A stretch of DNA of 64,000 nucleotides from an uncultured delta proteobacterium. GTDB taxonomy: Bacteria; Desulfobacterota; Binatia; Binatales; Binataceae. Shown in pieces: positions 59,791 to 64,000 of the stretch (position 1 is its first letter; every line of letters starts with the position of its first letter). Made by a program: the position numbers and the translations under genes. A model generated the notes under the pieces. It did not search any database, was not told the origin of the DNA, and was given only the letters and a program-made list of their open reading frames with translations. The stretch spans positions 2,080,001 through 2,144,000 of the forward strand of contig CAWEEQ010000004.1 in assembly GCA_963808235.1 (NCBI GenBank), given 5' to 3'.

Positions 59791-60074
59791 CAGGTGATCT
59801 CGACCAGCCCCTGCTCCGCCAGCTGTTCCACCAGGTCACGGATATCGGCCTCGAGTTGCGCCGCCTCGACATCGTATTCAGCCTGCAAAATGTCATGAAT
59901 CTGCCCGAGAGTCATCGGCTCCTGGATCAGCTGCCAAACCCGCGCGCCCACCGGATCGAGGCCGTAGTAAACGCTGTTCTTGAGATTCAGAATGGCCGCC
60001 TCGCCCTCCAGATCGCACGAAACCTGATCTTTTGACGCGATAACACGTGACTCGATCCCAAGTTTTACGGCCAC
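59790..60074 (-). CDS. PqqD-family RiPP recognition element (lasso B1)
   Basis: QVSCDLEGEAAILNLKNSVYYGLDPVGARVWQLI...EYDV...DI...L...GLV. Confidence 0.92.
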   Translation of the reverse strand: MAVKLGIESRVIASKDQVSCDLEGEAAILNLKNSVYYGLDPVGARVWQLIQEPMTLGQIHDILQAEYDVEAAQLEADIRDLVEQLAEQGLVEIT

Positions 60075-60188
60075 TGCGAGCTTCCTCTGTTAAGAGACTT
60101 AAATAACTCTACGTATGTTAACCGATGTTCCGTTCGAGTGTAAAGGCTTTACGGGTTCGCAGCCTTAAAGGTGCCTATTTTACGAAGA

Positions 60189-61373
60189 TTACGTAGCGAT
60201 CTTCAGCAGCCCTTCCTGGATTAGGCGCCGAACCAGGACGACCTTGGACTGCTCGGTGAGCATATCGGGCAGGTCATCGACCCGGAACCGCTCGTGTTTC
60301 GCAACGAATTCCAACGCTTCGGCTATACTTGGAGGACCGCTCACGACGCGCGTACCGAACTCGATACTCGCATTCGAATTCGTTCGGGTTACCCGGATGC
60401 TCCAGCCGAGGCGTCGGACCACCTCGGTGTGAGCCGCTATCGAACGTGCTCGCTCGATCGCGTTGAAATGAGGCTCCGGCGACGTCCGAAATTCGCGGCT
60501 GCGAGCGCCCGCGCATCGCGTCATCGCCTCCATCGCAACCTCGCGTCCCTGTACTGCCTTAAGAAGCGACGCGAACTCGCGCCCAATCTCGTCGGCTCGC
60601 GATTCGTCGCCCGGCGTAAACGACGGAACCGCATGGCGGAAAAGCTCGTTCCGCTCCGCGACGACGCGCAGACCCGCTTCCAGCAGATCGAGCCATCGAA
60701 GCGGGAAAATTCCGATCGTAAGATGCATCGACGGAACTTCGGTTCTCACCGCCTCATGGATGAATCCTCGCGGCAGATAAACAATTTGCCCCGGCTCCGT
60801 TGTTACTTCGAGGACCGGCGTGCCTAGCTCATGCTCCCCGCGTTTCACCACGGTTTCCTGCGGCTCCAGCGGCAACAGGTACTGCGGAGCGTAAACCCGC
60901 CATGACTTCCGACCCTCGAGTTGCAGGATGATCACGTCGTGCGAGTCGGCGTGCGCCGAAAATCCCTTCGCTTCCGACGGCGTGCAGTAAAGATTCACCG
61001 TGACCTTGTGCCCGATATCGAGCGCGACACCGCTCGCCAGCCGCGCCACCGGAGTGCTCCGCCGATGCAACTTGTGCACGCCGATACTCCAGCCCTTGGC
61101 GTAGGCCCGATAGATCGCCGACATGTCGGGGAGCCCGTCCGGCCCTCGCTCGACGGAGTACGACTCGACCCCGTAAGCATCGGACCGCACCATGTAGTCC
61201 TTCGAGCCTGACTCCTGCGCCGTCGTATGATCGAGGATCGCATCGAGGTCGTCGAACGTAGGCATGTCGCGGCACCAATCGGGCATCGGCCTCGCCACAT
61301 AGAGCGGCCGCTTCTCCCAGTACTCGGACCAGAACGTCGCGAGAGAAACCGGATCGATTAGCTGCTGCAACAT
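60189..61373 (-). CDS. JmjC/cupin-4 2-oxoglutarate Fe(II) oxygenase (RoxA/NO66-like)
   Basis: FWSEYWEKRP, NLYCTP, HADSHD, QLEGRKSW, YLPRGFIHEA, SMHLT; winged-helix-like tail LVRRLIQEGLL. Confidence 0.88.
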   Translation of the reverse strand: MLQQLIDPVSLATFWSEYWEKRPLYVARPMPDWCRDMPTFDDLDAILDHTTAQESGSKDYMVRSDAYGVESYSVERGPDGLPDMSAIYRAYAKGWSIGVHKLHRRSTPVARLASGVALDIGHKVTVNLYCTPSEAKGFSAHADSHDVIILQLEGRKSWRVYAPQYLLPLEPQETVVKRGEHELGTPVLEVTTEPGQIVYLPRGFIHEAVRTEVPSMHLTIGIFPLRWLDLLEAGLRVVAERNELFRHAVPSFTPGDESRADEIGREFASLLKAVQGREVAMEAMTRCAGARSREFRTSPEPHFNAIERARSIAAHTEVVRRLGWSIRVTRTNSNASIEFGTRVVSGPPSIAEALEFVAKHERFRVDDLPDMLTEQSKVVLVRRLIQEGLLKIAT

Positions 61374-61441
61374 CAGATGTTAAAAATTGAGTTCAGATTG
61401 ATCGCAGGCGCGAAGATCGTCACGCCGCAATGCAACGCCCT

Positions 61442-61834
61442 TCACTTCCCCGCCTTCACGTATGCCTCGAGCGGCGGCGTCTTGGCGACGTGTCTAAGAT
61501 CGCGCGCGTTGGACAGTCCTTCGGAAAGCAAGTCCTCATCGCTGATCTCGACCCTGCCGTCCGCGCGCTTCGTGGATACTGACGCGGGCGGCAAAACCAG
61601 GTGCACCGAGTCCGCCGACGAAAGATGAACTTCGAGCGTCGTCTCAGCCGGTATGACGATTCCACACCGCCGCTCGAACACCTCTCTCGGATTCTTTTGC
61701 AGCTCGCGCGCAAAGTCCGGATTTCGCATCGCCTCGGTAAGCATCGCCACCACTCGCGAGCTCCGCATCGAGGCCGGAATCGACAGCACGCAAGCGAGCA
61801 CGAGCTGCACTTCGAGTTTGGGCTGCTCGCCCAT
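61442..61834 (-). CDS. Nitrile-hydratase-like leader peptide (NHLP)-type protein
   Basis: AMRNPDFARELQKNPREVFE...GIVIP...LEVH...VHLVLPP...EISDEDL; TAATG coupling to the upstream gene. Confidence 0.65.
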   Translation of the reverse strand: MGEQPKLEVQLVLACVLSIPASMRSSRVVAMLTEAMRNPDFARELQKNPREVFERRCGIVIPAETTLEVHLSSADSVHLVLPPASVSTKRADGRVEISDEDLLSEGLSNARDLRHVAKTPPLEAYVKAGK

Positions 61835-64000
61835 TAGTCCTTGCTCATCGACGAGATATCGCGAAAAATCGTGACCGAATTGGCCGGAGCATAACATGCG
61901 ATTCCGCTCGCTGTACAGGCTCCTTTTGCGTGCGCGGGGCTGGCGACTGCCGAGGTTCGAATCGCGCCGAGAGCTTGCGGCGCAAACACCATTAGCAGCA
62001 GTTGCGGTGATGCCGCCCCGCCGTCCAGGTGGCCCACATATTGGGCAGGATAGGGAAAATAGATTTTCTCCGCGATGCTGCCATAGTTCGAAAGCACCGA
62101 GCGCAATCCCTGTGGCGTGCCGACGACGCCGATCGCTATAGCTCCATCATCCCACGGCCCCAGCCAGATTCCGGCGGTCGTGGCCGCAAACTTGGGCGCC
62201 GGGCCCAGCTCCTGTGCGAGCCGGTACCTGAGCGGGACAGTCCGCATGATCCACGATACAATCCGCTGGAACGAGGCTCTTCGGCGGATCGCGCTGATTG
62301 GCCAGTAGCCGTACACCTGGGATCGAGGTTCATCTCGCACCACTTCCGGCGGCAGCCCCATCGATGCGGCCTGCACCGGGCTGAGCTTGTCGAGCGGCTT
62401 CCCCGAAGCAAGGTAACTTTGCGCGGCCCCAAAGAGCATCCGGAAGCGGAGCAGGTTGTAGCGCGATTCCATCTCGTCCGCCCCCAGACTGCGATACGGA
62501 GCGAGACTTTCGCGGTCGATGCGGTAGAGAAAAACCCCGCCGACGTCGACTCGTTGCGCGCTTACCGTGGAGACCAGACGGCCATAGGCGGCATAGTCGC
62601 CCTCTTTGACGACGATCGCGCTGACATCGTGATCTGCAATGAACGCTTTGAACTGGTCCTCATAACCGGGGATATATGGTGCGTCCTTGTTCAGAGCGTC
62701 GACGATCGGCCACGCCTGGAACTCGTGCGGCACGATCCCGAGCAGCCCTTGCGGCATCCGGAAGTAGAACTTGCTGGACGACTGCCAGAGCATACAGTTG
62801 CCGCTCTCTCCGTAAGGCAGAATAAGCACGGTCTCGTCGCGCTTTAGATAGTTCGCGTAAATCCCGTCGCGAAAGAATTCCGGTAAATCCGCCTTGCCGA
62901 TCCACCGGCTGAACGGGATCGCGGGCATCAGCGAAACAACTACCGCGCCGGCCAGCAGCCACCGGAGTGGACTCGGCTTGCCGGCCGGTTCTGCTTCTGC
63001 CAGCCACAACGCCACGATCAATCCTCCCACAAGGAACGCGTACATCATGAACCGGGCCGGCAACGCATTGTTCAGGATCGGTACCGGCACCGCCCAGATC
63101 CATAGCCACGGCGCGACCCCGAAACCGCTCACATGCAGAACCGGCCCGATCGAGGCGATACAGATCAGAGCAAGCATCGCGGTCAGGTAACGGGCTAGAT
63201 CGCGTCGAGGCGATCGCCAGAGAAACAACGCACCGAGCACGGGCAGCAGGCCAAGGTAGCCGGCTGCCTCTTTGAGATCGTCGTTGCGAATCGTCACCGC
63301 GTTCAAGGAAGGGAGCCAGGCACCCATCGCACTGACCCCGGTGGGAAAGAAAAAATTCAGCAGATCGGTCGAGCAATGCGCCGGGTTGTAGATCGGAAGC
63401 CAGTCATATTGCCTGGCGAGGAACCTGACCAGGTATGGCGACAGAACCACGATCGCAACGCCGTAAGCGATCGTCAGCGAAACCGCCGCCCTCTTGAACT
63501 CGGCCATGTTGATCTCAGGAAAAAATCGCCGCGCCGCTACTATTGCCAGCGCGCCGAAGATTGTCGCCGTAGCAAAGATCTCCGGAGAAAGGAGGAACTG
63601 AAAAACCAGGCAAGCCGCGAACCACATTACAAAGGTGATGCGCCCCAGGCGCCCATGCCAATGCAGCAGCACGAGCCACGGCAGAATCGGAATGACGAAC
63701 ACCAGGACCAGGTCCAGATGCCCGGTGAGCTGCTCCTGCATATACGGAGAGAAGCCGAAGATGCCTCCGCCGATTAGCGCTGGCCAGAACGCGCCGGTGA
63801 CATAGCGGTAAAGGACGAATGCGGTGAACGAAGCGAGGATTGGAGCGAGCAAGGTGAGGACGTTGTAAGACGCAACCACGCCCACTATACGGGTCAGCGG
63901 CCAGGCGGCGAGACTCGCACCGGGAATCGTGGTTGCCCATGCCAGATTAAAGCCGCTGGGAGCCCACACCACACTGGTTTCAAGCGGGACTAGGCGATGG
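61834..64000 (-). CDS. Large polytopic membrane protein, probable GT-C/YfhO-like glycosyltransferase, 5' end outside the window
   Basis: Frame open to the edge; WAPSGFNLAW, FGFSPY...GHL, STDLLNFFFP, GYLG, PARF, LILPYG. Confidence 0.7.
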   Translation of the reverse strand, partial: HRLVPLETSVVWAPSGFNLAWATTIPGASLAAWPLTRIVGVVASYNVLTLLAPILASFTAFVLYRYVTGAFWPALIGGGIFGFSPYMQEQLTGHLDLVLVFVIPILPWLVLLHWHGRLGRITFVMWFAACLVFQFLLSPEIFATATIFGALAIVAARRFFPEINMAEFKRAAVSLTIAYGVAIVVLSPYLVRFLARQYDWLPIYNPAHCSTDLLNFFFPTGVSAMGAWLPSLNAVTIRNDDLKEAAGYLGLLPVLGALFLWRSPRRDLARYLTAMLALICIASIGPVLHVSGFGVAPWLWIWAVPVPILNNALPARFMMYAFLVGGLIVALWLAEAEPAGKPSPLRWLLAGAVVVSLMPAIPFSRWIGKADLPEFFRDGIYANYLKRDETVLILPYGESGNCMLWQSSSKFYFRMPQGLLGIVPHEFQAWPIVDALNKDAPYIPGYEDQFKAFIADHDVSAIVVKEGDYAAYGRLVSTVSAQRVDVGGVFLYRIDRESLAPYRSLGADEMESRYNLLRFRMLFGAAQSYLASGKPLDKLSPVQAASMGLPPEVVRDEPRSQVYGYWPISAIRRRASFQRIVSWIMRTVPLRYRLAQELGPAPKFAATTAGIWLGPWDDGAIAIGVVGTPQGLRSVLSNYGSIAEKIYFPYPAQYVGHLDGGAASPQLLLMVFAPQALGAIRTSAVASPAHAKGACTASGIACYAPANSVTIFRDISSMSKD

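Noticed and set aside
59790-60074. PQQ biosynthesis gene pqqD
   Set aside because: No pqqA/B/C/E in the window

Overview
GC-rich bacterial window. Gene content (DUF1329, FAAL-PKS, multiple amidohydrolases, a characteristic 141-aa hypothetical family) resembles Candidatus Binatota/Binataceae; this is inference. Left end: a fatty acyl-AMP ligase followed by a type I PKS (ACP-KS-AT-DH...) that runs off the window and is absent from the ORF track. Middle: hydrolases, stress/secreted proteins, a Tat-exported PaoABC-like molybdoenzyme with a cytochrome b, two RND systems, SDR, Dps, catalase and an aldo-keto reductase. Five intergenic regions here carry a fixed-spacing motif TGTG-N7-TTTTCACGCCT (plus two partial copies), the last next to a STAND-type AAA regulator. 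Right end (47.2-64 kb): a lasso-peptide-type RiPP cluster with RRE/PqqD, HPr-kinase-like kinase, SPINDLY/OGT-type GT41, AsnB-like cyclase, PRMT-like methyltransferase, ABC exporter and nucleotidyltransferase. It has two hidden tandem precursor genes encoding the identical core MMHRNTMQDTGDGTHTSDNT, plus an NHLP-leader-like ORF with a JmjC oxygenase and GT-C-type membrane proteins. No lasso B2 peptidase is visible. Six small frameshifts suggest indel errors in the assembly. No rRNA, tRNA, CRISPR array or transposase was recognised.
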